Assembly: GCF_006345805.1 (NCBI RefSeq) | Contig: NC_043011.1 | Location: 13,962,464-14,026,463, forward strand | Source: Octopus sinensis | Taxonomy: Eukaryota | Reading direction: 5' to 3' | Length of the DNA: 64,000 nt | Part shown: piece after piece, positions 51,021 to 63,290 of the stretch | Layout of the letters: each line of letters begins with the position of its first letter | How positions within the stretch are numbered: the stretch's first letter is position 1 | Position numbers and translations under genes: made by a program | The notes under the pieces: generated by a model | Databases searched by the model: none | What the model saw: the letters and a program-made list of their open reading frames with translations, nothing else | What the model was told of the DNA's origin: nothing

Positions 51021-52059
51021 ATACAGCTTAACAAATTCACCATAAATTCACAAGATCTACAGGTATAATGATTATGCAGCTAATGGTTTCTATCGATTGA
51101 AGTTTAGGCAAAACATTATGGACAAACTTATCCAGCTGGCAGTATTCACTATAATACACAATTGTGCAGCTGATCATACGCTCTGAGTGAATTTATGCTA
51201 CAGCTGCACACAACAGCTTTCAGGCTTAGATATTGACTATTTCAACTTCACCCGGTCACACTGTTGCATCAATAGCATATTGTTTACACACATTAAAATT
51301 CATTGCTGGCTTCTATTTTATGTCAGTGCTAGTGTAGACAGTAGACATAATACCCCCACCATACATGTATAATACTCAGCAAAAGAAATATGCAACACAT
51401 ATACAGCACGTGCAATATTAAGGCTACTACTAAATTTACACTAATTATAATGCTGTTTGTGCATGGTTATGCTGTTTCTATACATCTCCACTGCAATTTA
51501 ACATTGCAGGTAAACCGTATAAGTGCTGTGTAAAATTATAAACTAGAACAATGCATAAATTATGGTTATCCTAAGGACACACTGGTTATAATACTGTTTG
51601 GGTGCATATGTATCATAATAAACTATACACCAGTACAGGTAAATTAGTGGTTGTAGTAAATAAAATTGCATGATGTTAGAGTGCATGAACAGGGCTGTAA
51701 CAGTTGCTATATACAGTAATGGATTCTATTGATCGAAGTACATTCAGTACCTGGATATAATACACATTATGGACAAACTTAGCCACCAACAACGATTCTT
51801 ATGATATGTATTATATTCAATAGTGCACTATAATCTGGTACAGTTACAGCAAGATATATAACTATATTCTCATAAAGGTGCATTGTGGTAGTTATTATGT
51901 CGAGGTATAGTTACATGCAAGTATAGATATACAATGGTATGGTTATTATATCAAGATATAGTTATATCCAGGTATATTTATTATCTCCAGGTATAGCTGT
52001 ATTCTGGTATATATTCAAATATAGTTATTAACATTCAGATGTAACTATATTCTAATGTA

Positions 52060-52476
52060 AAGGCGGCGAGCTGGCAGAAACGTTAGCACATCGGGCGAAA
52101 TGCGTAGCCGTATTTCGTCTGCTGTTACGTTCTGAGTTCAAATTCCGCTGAGGTCGACTTTGCCTTTCATCCTTTCGGGGTCGATAAATTAAGTACCAGT
52201 TACGCATTGGAGTCGATATAAACGACTTAATCCGTCTGTCTGTCCTTGATTGTCCCCTCTGTGTTTAGCCCCTTGTGGGTAGTAAAGAAATAGGTATTTC
52301 GTCTGCCGCTATGTTCTGAGTTCAAATTCCGCCGAGGTCGACTTTGCCTTTCATCCTTTCGTGGTCGATAAATTAAGTACCAGTTATGCACTGGGATCGA
52401 TATAACCGACTTAATCCGTTTGTCTGTCCTTGTTTGTCCCCTCTGTTTTTAGCCCCTTGTGGGTAGTAAAGAAATA
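52060..52476 (+). mobile_element. SINE family B (core gcctttcatcctttcggggtcgataaattaagtacc, Meta/MESC-domain-like), tandem pair
   Basis: ggcggcgagctggcagaa head and B-box gagttcaaattcc. Other copies at about 1165-1392(-), 5045-5270, 9984-10180, 17255-17620, 41533-41770, 43710-43930(-), 61597-61810 and 63893-64000. Domain name is from memory. Confidence 0.88.
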
Positions 52477-52480
52477 TATA

Positions 52481-52585
52481 TTCTATCTATCTATCTATCC
52501 GCTCAGTCGAAGTCGACTCTCGGTCACTCGTTGGATCAGTGTCCTCCTGTCAGTTCTATCTTGGGCCACTTCTTTCAGATTGGCT
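52481..52585 (-). mobile_element. Short RTE-like 3' end with (ATAG)n tail
   Basis: LKEVAQDRTDRRTLIQRVTESRLRL followed by a gatagatag tail. Confidence 0.65.
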
Positions 52586-53209
52586 ATATCCATTCCGGTA
52601 TCCCTCTTGATATATATTCTAATGTAAGCATATTCAGGTATAGCGATATTCTGCTTCGATTATTACATTCAAGCACAACTGAATTCCAGTAGAGTTATAT
52701 CTAGACAGAGCTATAATTTGAAGTTATACTCAGGCACATTTATTATTCTGACATAGTTACTAAATCCAAACTTGCAAACATTTGGGTTATAGTTGAGATA
52801 ACTATAATCAAATATATCTGAAACAAAATCGATTTTTAACTGAAAAAAATCCCATCCTGCATCAATATTCATTTTAACAGAATATACACACTGTATAGAT
52901 GGCCATGTGTGTGTGAGGCTGATCAATGCATGTCTGCGTGAGTATATTGTTAGTATGCTCTTATTTAGCCCCAGGTCAACCCGGATCAAGTACACCTAGG
53001 ATCAAAGACATTCCAGCCATGACCAAGACGCCTCTTTTGTATATTTATGACTACGTTGTCATATGTATTCTTACTTATTTTTTTAAGATGATTTGGCTGT
53101 TATTTTTAGCATGTTAAGCAATGCATAGTGGCTTCTTTTGTAGTTGGTGTGCAACTGATGAATGTGGGTGTATATAGTCAGAGCATGTATATAGCTAGCT
53201 AGCTAAAAC

Positions 53210-53639
53210 GGATCTTTTCGGTTTGAACGGCAGTTTTTTCTAGTGGTGTCATATGAAATTGTTACCCATAATTATGACCCTAGTATCGATCTATTGCATT
53301 TCAATCTGTTTTAGGGCTAGGGTTAGTTAGGGTTAGGGGTGGGAGAAGGGTATCTTTTTTTCTTCAGGAATGTAAATAAACCCAATCTGTTTCTTAAACG
53401 AGGGACATATTCATACGGCACAATGTTTTTTTTTTACCTCAATAGACGCCATTGATTGGTTGAAATTGCAGAAATTGAAGAAAAAAAAACAACAAATATC
53501 TTACAAACTATAGAATTTTCTCAATAAAGCCAAGAGAAAAAGATGTTTTATGAACACATTCTACCAGTATACAAAGTCTAAAATTTTTTAGTTACCTAGA
53601 AATTATGTTAAAAACTGCTGTTCAAACTGAAAAAGATCT
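53210..53639 (+). mobile_element. MITE family M, copy 5
   Basis: TIRs; perfect TSD gctaaaac. Confidence 0.92.
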
Positions 53640-53679
53640 GCTAAAACTGTAAAATGATTAACAAAATAGTACAACTTAC

Positions 53680-53743
53680 ATGGCGGCAGCAGCAGCAGAA
53701 GGAAGAGAAATGCTGCAAGAAATCTGAATGCTGAAGAGGACAG
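53680..53743 (-). other. Candidate 64-nt exon, possibly 5' UTR of the protrudin gene
   Basis: Acceptor cccttttctacag| and donor cat|gtaagt around non-repetitive sequence. No homology support. Confidence 0.35.
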
Positions 53744-55929
53744 CTGTAGAAAAGGGGTCCCTAAGGGCAGAGTCAGCTGTTTAGTTTCACCTCCTACTAC
53801 TACTATTGCCTGATTAATCTCTTCTAAGTTTGTATATATGATAGCGTACCACCTGCCAGTCAGAAAAGCCTAACGAATAAGCCATATGGTTGAATATTAA
53901 ACAAGAAAGGTTTACAAGTCAGATGTTTATAGTGAGGGATTTAAAAGTAAGCCTTCTTACCTGATGGTGCAGAATATATAGGGAGTAGGTAAACATAAAA
54001 TGAAAGCTGTGAAGGGAAAGTGGAACTTGAACTGAAGACAGGATATAAGGTAAGTTTGAAGCAGGAAGGGTAGGGGGTTGGAATCGGTAGCCAGAGTTAT
54101 ATTATCTTAATATAAACAGTTCTTAATGTAAATATTGAATTTCACGTTAGGTATAAGTGCAATGAAGTTAACTCAAAAGAGTGTCTAAGGTAAGGCATGT
54201 GTGTAGATGGGAAATAATTAGTTCACTAAAACAGGGTCACGTGACTTATGTGGAACCATTTCGTTACTGCATCCAACTGATTTAATTCTGACAACAGCCT
54301 CACACCTTCCACATTAGGTCACAACACTTCACTCTACCCCCTCCGTCCTTATTACCAACATCAGCCTTGCTGCAGCCACTATCGCACCAGCCATTCTCAC
54401 AACTCTTATCTATCAGGCATTGCTAGATTATTGAATATAAATAGAATCTGGGTAGAAGTAAAAAGAAAAAAAAAAAACCTGTGTCGTATGTATGTCAATT
54501 CTTTGAGATCTCACCACATTTGATTCATAAAAATTGTATGCATGTGTGTGTGTGTGCATACATATATATAAATAATCGCTACATTGTACACATATACACA
54601 TTTGTTACATTATACACACACACACACATTACATTATACACACATACATATTCGTTACATTATACACTCATACATATTCGCTACATTATACACAAATACT
54701 TGTTACATTATACACACATATATGTTCGTTACATTATATATATTCATTAGTGGAGGTACATGGCCTAGTAGTTAGAGCAGCAGATTCTAAGTCGAGGGAT
54801 CGCGAGTTCGAATCTCAGACCGGACGATGTGTGTGTTTATGAGCAAAACACCTAAGCTCCACGCGGCTCTGGCAGAAGGTAATGGTGAACTTCTGCTGAC
54901 ACTTTCACCACAACTTTCTCTCACTCTTTCCTCCTGCATCTTGCAGCTCACCTGTGACAGACCGGCATCCCATCCAGGTGGGGAACCTATATGCCAAGGA
55001 AACCGGCCCTTATGAGCCGGGTGTGGCTCGAGAAGGAACAAACAATATATATTCATTACATTATATACATATATATTATATGTTCATTACATCATATACA
55101 TAGGTGTGTGTGTGTGTATATATGTATGTATGTATGTATATATATATATTTGTTCGCTAGCCACTAAACCTTTTTTATTTTTTCTCTCTGCTTATTTCTG
55201 TGTTCCTTTCTGTTGAAGAGCGTAGGCTCGAAATGTAAAAGACTTTCTCACTTCTCAAGTGTTAAACTAATACATCTGATTGCTGTTTACACATGTCTTT
55301 TGGTTTGTTTTTTTTGTGTACATTCCAACTATATATATATATATATATATAATATATATATATATATATAATATATATATATATATTGTTTCATTATATA
55401 CATACATTACATTATATACATATATATATATATTATGTTGGCACTCTGTCAGTCACGATGATGAGGGTTCCAGTTGATCTGATCAATGGAACAGCCTGCT
55501 CATGAAATTAATGTTTAAGTGGCTGAGCACTCCACAGACATGTGTACCTTTAACGTAGTTCTCAGGGAGATTCAGCGTGGCGCAGAGTGTGACAAGGGCT
55601 GGCCCTTTCAAATACAGGTACAACAGAAACAAGAAGTAAGAGAAAGCTGTGGTAAAAGAGTACAGCAGGGTCTAGTACTTATTCTATCAGTCTCTTTTGC
55701 TGAGCCACTAAGATACAGGGACGTAAATACACCAACATTGGTTATCAAACAAGGGTGGGGAGACACACTGCGCTTCTTTGAGTTTCTGTCTACCAAATCC
55801 ACTCACAAGGCTTTGGTCGATCTGAGGCTATAGTAGAAGGCACTTGCCCAAGGTGCCATGCAGTGGGACTGAACCCGGAACCACGTGATTGGTAAACAAG
55901 CTACTTATCACACACCCACTCCTGCATAA

Positions 55930-56190
55930 CTACATCACGTTATATACACATATACATTACATTATATATACATATACATTACATTATATACACATATACA
56001 TTACATAATATACACATATACATTACATTATATACACATATACATTACATTATATACACATATACATTACATTATATACACATATACATTACATTATATA
56101 CACATATACATTACATTATATACACATATACATTACATTATATACACATATACATTACATTATATACTCATATACATTACATTATATACA
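55930..56190. repeat. 22-bp minisatellite (acattatatacacatatacatt); degenerate relatives at about 54560-54745
   Basis: Direct inspection. Confidence 0.92.
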
Positions 56191-56749
56191 TAATATATGT
56201 ATATATATATTGTATATGTGTGTGTTGAAAGAGAGAACTTTGCTACCCTTTAAAGGGACAAGTGGATGGATTGTTGATTTTCAGATTCTGTTCTATTCTT
56301 GTGTAAAAGAATTTCATCATCTTGGCACCGTAAGCCAGAAAAAATTACCAATATCCACTTTATTCAGCACACTGCTCCCTAAGACTTAGTTGTTATCTAT
56401 TCTGCTACCAGCAGCTAAATAGGACAAGAATGCTAAAGCACACACACACACACACACTACAGCAGCAGGTCGGTACTGTATTCACTAAGAACAATTTCTC
56501 TTTCTCTTAACAGATAAACGTTGACTTGTTAGGTTGAGCTTGATATAAAAGAAGCATTGAAAAGAAGACAACATGTAAAGCACACCAACTACATACACCC
56601 ACCTGTCCCCCCCCCCCCAAACTACACCCATCCACAAACGCATCAATCCATCTGTGTGTGTGTGTGCACACACAAACACTTCATCTACTTATCAGTGCAC
56701 ACAGACACTACATCCATCTACCCAGGCGCACACAAACTACACCCACACT

Positions 56750-56960
56750 AAATTCTCCAGAATCTCAAAGATAAGCAAAATTGAAACAAGTCTAAAGGCT
56801 TATCAAAACCCCAAATGAAGTAACTTCACTTACACCCATCACTCGCTATGCAAAACCCCAAAATTTTAGAAAGGCTAATCCTTGACATAATTAACCGAAG
56901 CATCCCTTTCTCCAACCCACATGAAATTCAGACTTTGACGCTGCTCACAAAACTTTGCAG
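56750..56960 (+). mobile_element. Decayed LINE RT fragment (Jockey/I-like)
   Basis: Remnant of the RPISLL...KILERLIL...QxGFR motif. Confidence 0.45.
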
Positions 56961-57551
56961 ATTATATATGCTGACATCGATAGTTGAAAAGAGGAAAAAC
57001 TCCCAGGCACATAAAAAGCAGCATTTGAGCATGGCCGTTGCCAGTACCGCCTGACTGGCCCTTGTGCTGGTGCCACGTAAAAGCACCCGCTACACTCTCA
57101 GAGTGCTTGGTGTTAGGAAGGGCATCCAGCTGTAGAAACTCTGCCAGATCAGATTAGGGCCTGGTGCAGCCATCTGGTTCGCCAGTCCTCAGTCAAATCG
57201 TCCAACCCATGCTAGCATAGAAAGCGGACGTTAAACGATGATGATGATGATGATATGTGCCATTCTAATAGCTAATGACACCAGCAATTTATCCTCTATC
57301 AGATGATACATAAAAATATTTACCACTTTAAGAAACACACAACGGATTACCTTACAGACCGCCAAGCTTTTTATAATGGTGTATAGAAACAATACTTCCA
57401 GGACCTATAATTTCTTTGAATGAAGTACCAGAGGGATATGTTCTTCTACTCACTCTTTTCAACTTGTAAATACAGGATTTTCTCAAAATACTATAAAACC
57501 TACAAACATCATACATTCCTCCATCATTCTCTGGACACTGCTGCACAACTA

Positions 57552-58856
57552 TAGGGTATTCCATAAAGAATGCCAAATTTGAATTGGGTGACTTTTGTGT
57601 TTTGAAGTTTGAATGCATGCTTTTATCATATCTGCTATCTCTCTTCACTCTGATTAATAGTTTTTTGTTTGTGTTTCAGAGTAGTGTGCAGTGTGTCACG
57701 GAGCAGTTTACAACTGAGCAACATGTTTTCATCGTGAAGACATTTTACCAAAATGGAGAAAGAGCAACGCAAACAGCTGGAACACTTCGTACTATTTTGG
57801 GGGAGAAATGAAGCACCCAAAGAGTCTACAGTTCGCAGACTAATGACGAAGTTTAAAACAACTGCTTCAGTTGCAACAGCCAAATTGCCTGGGTGGAACC
57901 ATTCTCGTTGGACAGAGCAACAAATTGTTGTTGTGTGAAACAGTGTCACTGAGCGTGGGAAAATCATATCGCCAACGTTTGCAGTAGTTGGGCATCCCGA
58001 CCACTTCATTACATCGAATTTTGCATAAAGATCTTCATTTGCATGCATACAAAATTCAACTTACACAGCATCTTCAGCCACCTGACCATGGGAGGCAGAG
58101 GAAATTTGCTGACTGGGTTGTGGAGAGACTTGCAACTGATGAAAATTTTGCAAAGAAAATCATCTTCAGTGACAAGGCCCAGTTCCACTTGAGTGGATTT
58201 GTCAAACAGAACTGCCGGATATGGGAAAATGAAAATCATCAAATAATGCAGGAGCATGAGATGCATCCACTGAAAGCGATTGTGTGGTTTGGTTTTGGAC
58301 AGGTGCTTGGACTGTTCTTCTTTGAAAATGATGAGGGGAATGCAGTTACCATTAATGGAGAATGTTACAGAGACATGATATCCACTCAGTTATGGTCGAA
58401 CTTGGAAGATATGAAGATTGACAACTTCTGATTTCAGCAGGATGGAGCAACCTGTCACACTTTGCACCAAACGCTTGCATTACTCCACAAAAAGTTTCTG
58501 CAATGAGTGATATCCTTGCATGATGACCAGTAATGGCCACCAAGGTCCTGCGATCTTACACCTTGTGATTTCTTCTTTGGGGGGTATGTGAAATCACAGG
58601 TATATGTCAAGAAACCACACACAATTCCTGAACTCAAGGCTGAAATCAGGCATTGGGCCACACATCTGTGAGAGAGTTATCGAAAATTTCGAGGAGCACA
58701 TAAACGTATGCAGACTCAGTGCAGATGGACATATGACCGACATTGTGTCCCATATCTAAATGGGAGACATAACTCATTAGAAATATGCAAAATGTTTACA
58801 AGAATTCATTTTAATTATTCACCTTTCAAATTCGGCACCCTTTATGGAACACCCTG
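57552..58856 (+). mobile_element. Tc1/mariner DD41D (rosa-type) transposon with both TIRs, transposase disrupted
   Basis: TA-flanked TIRs tagggtattccataaag / ctttatggaacaccctg. IIFSD, FQQDGATCH and WPPRSCDLTPCDFF motifs; I count 41 residues between the second and third Asp. Confidence 0.9.
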
Positions 58857-59660
58857 TATTTGAACCCAGTTTAGAAACCTGCCTCAACAAAAGACTTAAC
58901 CCCTTAGCATTCAGATTACTCTGTCAAATGTAAGGGTTATTTATTCACATTATTTTGAAGGACCCCTTTTGATCATGAATGACCATGGGATTGCACCAAG
59001 TTCCCCTCTGAGGCAGAGTCATTAAGACTGCAACCTTGCTGGGACACCACCTTGAAGAATTTTTAGTTGAATCAATAGACCCCACTACCTACTTCTTTTT
59101 GAAGCCTGGTATTTATTTTATCATTCTCTTTTGCTGAATCGCTAAGTTTCAGGGACATAAACACACCAACACCAATTGTCAACCAATAGTGGGGTCAAAC
59201 AGACACAAATACATATATACACACACGATGGGCCTCTGCCTACCAAATCCATTCATATATGTATGTGTATATATATATATGTATGTGTGTGTGTGTGTGT
59301 GGTGTGTGTGTGTGTGTATATATATATATACTTACACACAGACACACACATAAAACACCCTAGAGTATTATTACAATCACCTAAGAACACTCACTCTGCT
59401 CATAGTAACATAAAACACGACGACTGTTGCATTTCGGACCCTACCTTCCCCCTTTCTACTGGGTGGCCACCATCAGGATATACTGGCATACAGAAATAGA
59501 CAGGACAGTACAGAGAGTGCAACATGTCCAGGTTGCTACAACAGCCCTTCATACAATTTATCACTGCATGTCAGAGACATAGTGCAACTAAGATGAATAT
59601 GTGGGTCACACTTCCTTATTTGGCCAACTACTTGATTGCCTGATCAAGATTAACAACACA

Positions 59661-60020
59661 CTAGCACTATGACCCGGCATTGCTGGGTCATAGTGCTAGT
59701 GCATGCATATACAGCTGCGTGCATGCGCACGTACACGCGAGTACTGTCCAAATCTCTGACCAATCACATACAGCTAGCTGGCATTCAATTGGCATATCAA
59801 GTTTCGGGCATTTTGATTAGGTTTTGGATAGAAAATTCACCAAAAAGTCACTTCTATTGACTTTTTTATGGCTTTGTGGGGTGACTGCGGAAATGTAAAG
59901 ATGTGCACGACCACCCTTGGACGGTTTTGAATGACCATAGAAAGCGCGAGCCCTCTAACTGAAAAATTGTGGATTTGTATAAAGGACACACACACACGGA
60001 CATTTTGCCGTTTATATATT
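59661..60020 (-). mobile_element. Helitron-like element, third copy
   Basis: Reverse complement of 18960-19323, including the terminal hairpin. Confidence 0.78.
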
Positions 60021-60024
60021 CTCT

Positions 60025-60231
60025 TTCTCTCTTTTTTACTTGTTTCAGTCATTTGACTGGGGCCATGCTTGAGCACCACCTTTAGTCGAGCAAATCGACC
60101 CCGGGACTTATTCTTTGTAAGCCCAGTACTTATTCTATCGGTCTCTTTTGCCGAACCACTAAGTGATGGGGATGTAAACACACCAGCATCGGTTGTCAAG
60201 CAATGCTAGGGGGACAAACACAGACACACAA

Positions 60232-60278
<47 letters not shown>

Positions 60279-60445
60279 ACGACAGGCTTCTTTCAGTTTC
60301 CGTCTACCAAATCCACTCACAAGGCATTGGTCGGCCCGGGGCTATAGCAGAAGACACTTGCCCAAGATGCCACGCAGTGGGACTGAACCCGGAACCATGT
60401 GGTTGGTTAGCAAGCTACTTACCACACAGCCACTCCTGCGCCTAT
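60025..60445 (-). mobile_element. SINE family A copy (head duplicated at about 60905-61080)
   Basis: Full-length match. Confidence 0.9.
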
Positions 60446-61518
60446 ATATACATATAGAGAGATTTTTACAAAACACACAGACAGAAAGAGAGAGATAGAC
60501 TACTAAGACAAGACTTTAAAGTCAAATTTATAAAAGAAATAAAAAACATAATACAGAAATTATTTTTCCTGCTATAGACTCAAGAGCAAGGAAGGGCCTC
60601 CCCACAGCAAGCCCTTCAAGAAATACAAAGGTAGATATATATATAAATGTAATGGTGTGATTTAGGTTTTTAACACGAGAGTGATAAAACCACAACTAAG
60701 ACAACCAGTGTGATAAATATATTACAATAAGTGCAGGCATGGCTGCGTGGTAAGAAGCTTGCTTCCCAAGCACATAGTTCCAAGTTCCGTCTCACTGCAC
60801 AGCAAGGGACTTCTATAGCCTTAGGCTGGTCAAAGCCCTGTGAGTGGATTGATAGACAGAAACTGAAAGAAGCCCGTCGCGTGCGTGTGTGTGTGTGTAT
60901 ATATATATATATACGACAGGCTTCTTTCAGTTTCCGTCTACCAAATCCACTCACAAGGCATTGGTCGGCCCGGGGCTATAGCAGAAGACACTTGCCCAAG
61001 ATGCCACGCAGTGGGACTGAACCCGGAACCATGTGGTTGGTTAGCAAGCTACTTACCACACAGCCACTCCTGCGCCTATATATACATATAGAGAGATTTT
61101 TACAAAACACACAGACAGAAAGAGAGAGATAGACTACTAAGACAAGACTTTAAAGTCAAATTTATAAAAGAAATAAAAAACATAATACAGAAATTATTTT
61201 TCCTGCTATAGACTCAAGAGCAAGGAAGGGCCTCCCCACAGCAAGCCCTTCAAGAAATACAAAGGTAGATATATATATAAATGTAACGGTGTGATTTAGG
61301 TTTTTAACACGAGAGTGATAAAACCACAACTAAGACAACCAGTGTGATAAATATATTACAATAAGTGCAGGCATGGCTGCGTGGTAAGAAGCTTGCTTCC
61401 CAAGCACATAGTTCCAAGTTCCGTCTCACTGCACAGCAAGGGACTTCTATAGCCTTAGGCTGGTCAAAGCCCTGTGAGTGGATTGATAGACAGAAACTGA
61501 AAGAAGCCCGTCGCGTGC

Positions 61519-61535
<17 letters not shown>
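60262..61535. repeat. 634-bp near-identical tandem duplication
   Basis: Matching landmarks are offset by 634 (60281/60915, 60731/61365, 60867/61501). Confidence 0.95.
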
Positions 61536-61570
<35 letters not shown>

Positions 61571-62359
61571 ATATACACACACATATATATATATATAAGG
61601 CGAGTTGGCAGAAACGTTAGCATGCCGGGCAAAATGCGTAGCCATTTTTCGTCTGCCATTATGTTCTGAGTTCAAATTCTGCCGAGGTCGACTTTGCCTT
61701 TCATCCTTTCGGGGTCGATAAATTAAGTACCAATTACGCACTGGGGTCGATGTAATCGACTTAAACCGTTTGTCTGTCCTTGTTTAGCCCCTTGTGGGTA
61801 GTAAAGAAATATATATATGTGTATGTATGTACGTGTGTCTTCGTGTCAGTGTTTGACCCGTACCACTGCTTGACAACCAGTGTTGGTGAGTGAATGTCAT
61901 CGTAACTTAGTGGTTCGGCAAAAGAGACTGGTAGAATAAGTACTAGGCTTAAAAAATGAGTCCTGGAGTCAATTTGTTCAACTAAAACCCTTCAAGTTGG
62001 TGCCCCAGCATAGCCACAGTCTAATGACTGAATTAAGTAAAAAGATAAATAATCAAAATACCGTGACTGAATTTTTATACTGAGAGGTTTGTAAGAAATG
62101 CGATAGGAGTTGACTAGACAAGTCACGTAATAAAACAGTTGAATGTGAGGAAACTAGTAATGTTCTGCATTGACCAAATGTAATATCAATAATGCAAAAA
62201 AGTGGAATGAATAAATTTATGTTGGGGGTGCGAGGAGGGGGATCTAGCCTTTCAAGCAGAACTAGATAGCTAGCATCACAAATATCAATGTAATTGTTTC
62301 ACTTCAGATCAAATCATTAGCTAATCAAGTACAACTCTAAAGTATACCAGTTTCATAAA

Positions 62360-62850
62360 TCATCCTCATCATCATCATCATTTAACGTCCGTTTTCCATG
62401 CTAGCATGGGTTGGACGGTTCACCTGGGGTCTGGGAAGCCAGAAGGCTGCGCCAGGCTCCACTCTGATCTGGCAGTGTTTCTACAGCTGGATGCCCTTCC
62501 TAACGCCAACCACTCCGTGAGTGTAGAGGGCGCTCTTTACGTGCCACCTGCACAGGTGCCAGACGAGGCTGGCAAATGGCCACGATCGGATGGTCCTTTT
62601 TACATGCCACCGGCATGGAGGCCAGTAGGGGCAGCACTGGCAACGGTCACGTTCGGATGGTTCTCTTACGTGCCACCGGCACTGGTATCACAGCTACAAT
62701 TTCCATTGATGTTGATCGATTTCGATATTGTTCACACACACACACCATTTATGTCTGCTTTTTTCATGCTGGTATGGGTTGTTACTGTCCTCCCAAATGT
62801 CAGGGACCACATCTTGCTTATACATGCCATTTGAGGCATTCCAACGTCTT
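62360..62850 (-). mobile_element. RTE 3'-UTR-only element; others at about 3462-3760, 6296-6720, 12382-13150, 13318-13505, 38780-39182, 39900-40110, 44352-44630, 48352-48580, 50195-50410 and 57020-57253
   Basis: ggatgcccttcctaacgccaaccac core and (TGA)n tail are shared with the RTE at 13511-15378. Confidence 0.88.
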
Positions 62851-63259
62851 CCTTGATGTCCCTCTTCTACAGGTTTCATCCATTTAAAGGGATAGGCAGG
62901 CCATATGTCAAAAATATCAGTTTATCTTCCCTGGAGGATAAACAGATATTAAATGAAATTTTATAAATAAAACAGAGATGATGATGTTAACAATGTGAAT
63001 ATTGTTGTACCTGTTGTTCTAATCCCAGGTCAGCCCTGATTGAGAAAATCTATCACCAAGCTTTTTTTAAAAAACTCTTAAAAATGATAAAGATGCCATT
63101 TGAAGGGGGTTTGGTTGCTATTTGTAGCAGGTCAAACAACTCCCTCATAGGCTCCTTAGTGCTGCAGATATAATGATGACGAGGAAGTTACAGAGGACAG
63201 TGACGAGAAAAATGTAGCTAACGATGATGACAAAAAGGAGGAGGTTATCACTGATGATG

Positions 63260-63290
<31 letters not shown>

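Noticed and set aside
53681-53727. Plus-strand ATGGCGGCA start (MAAAAAEGREMLQEI)
   Set aside because: Stops after 15 codons with no donor; the minus-strand exon reading fits better.
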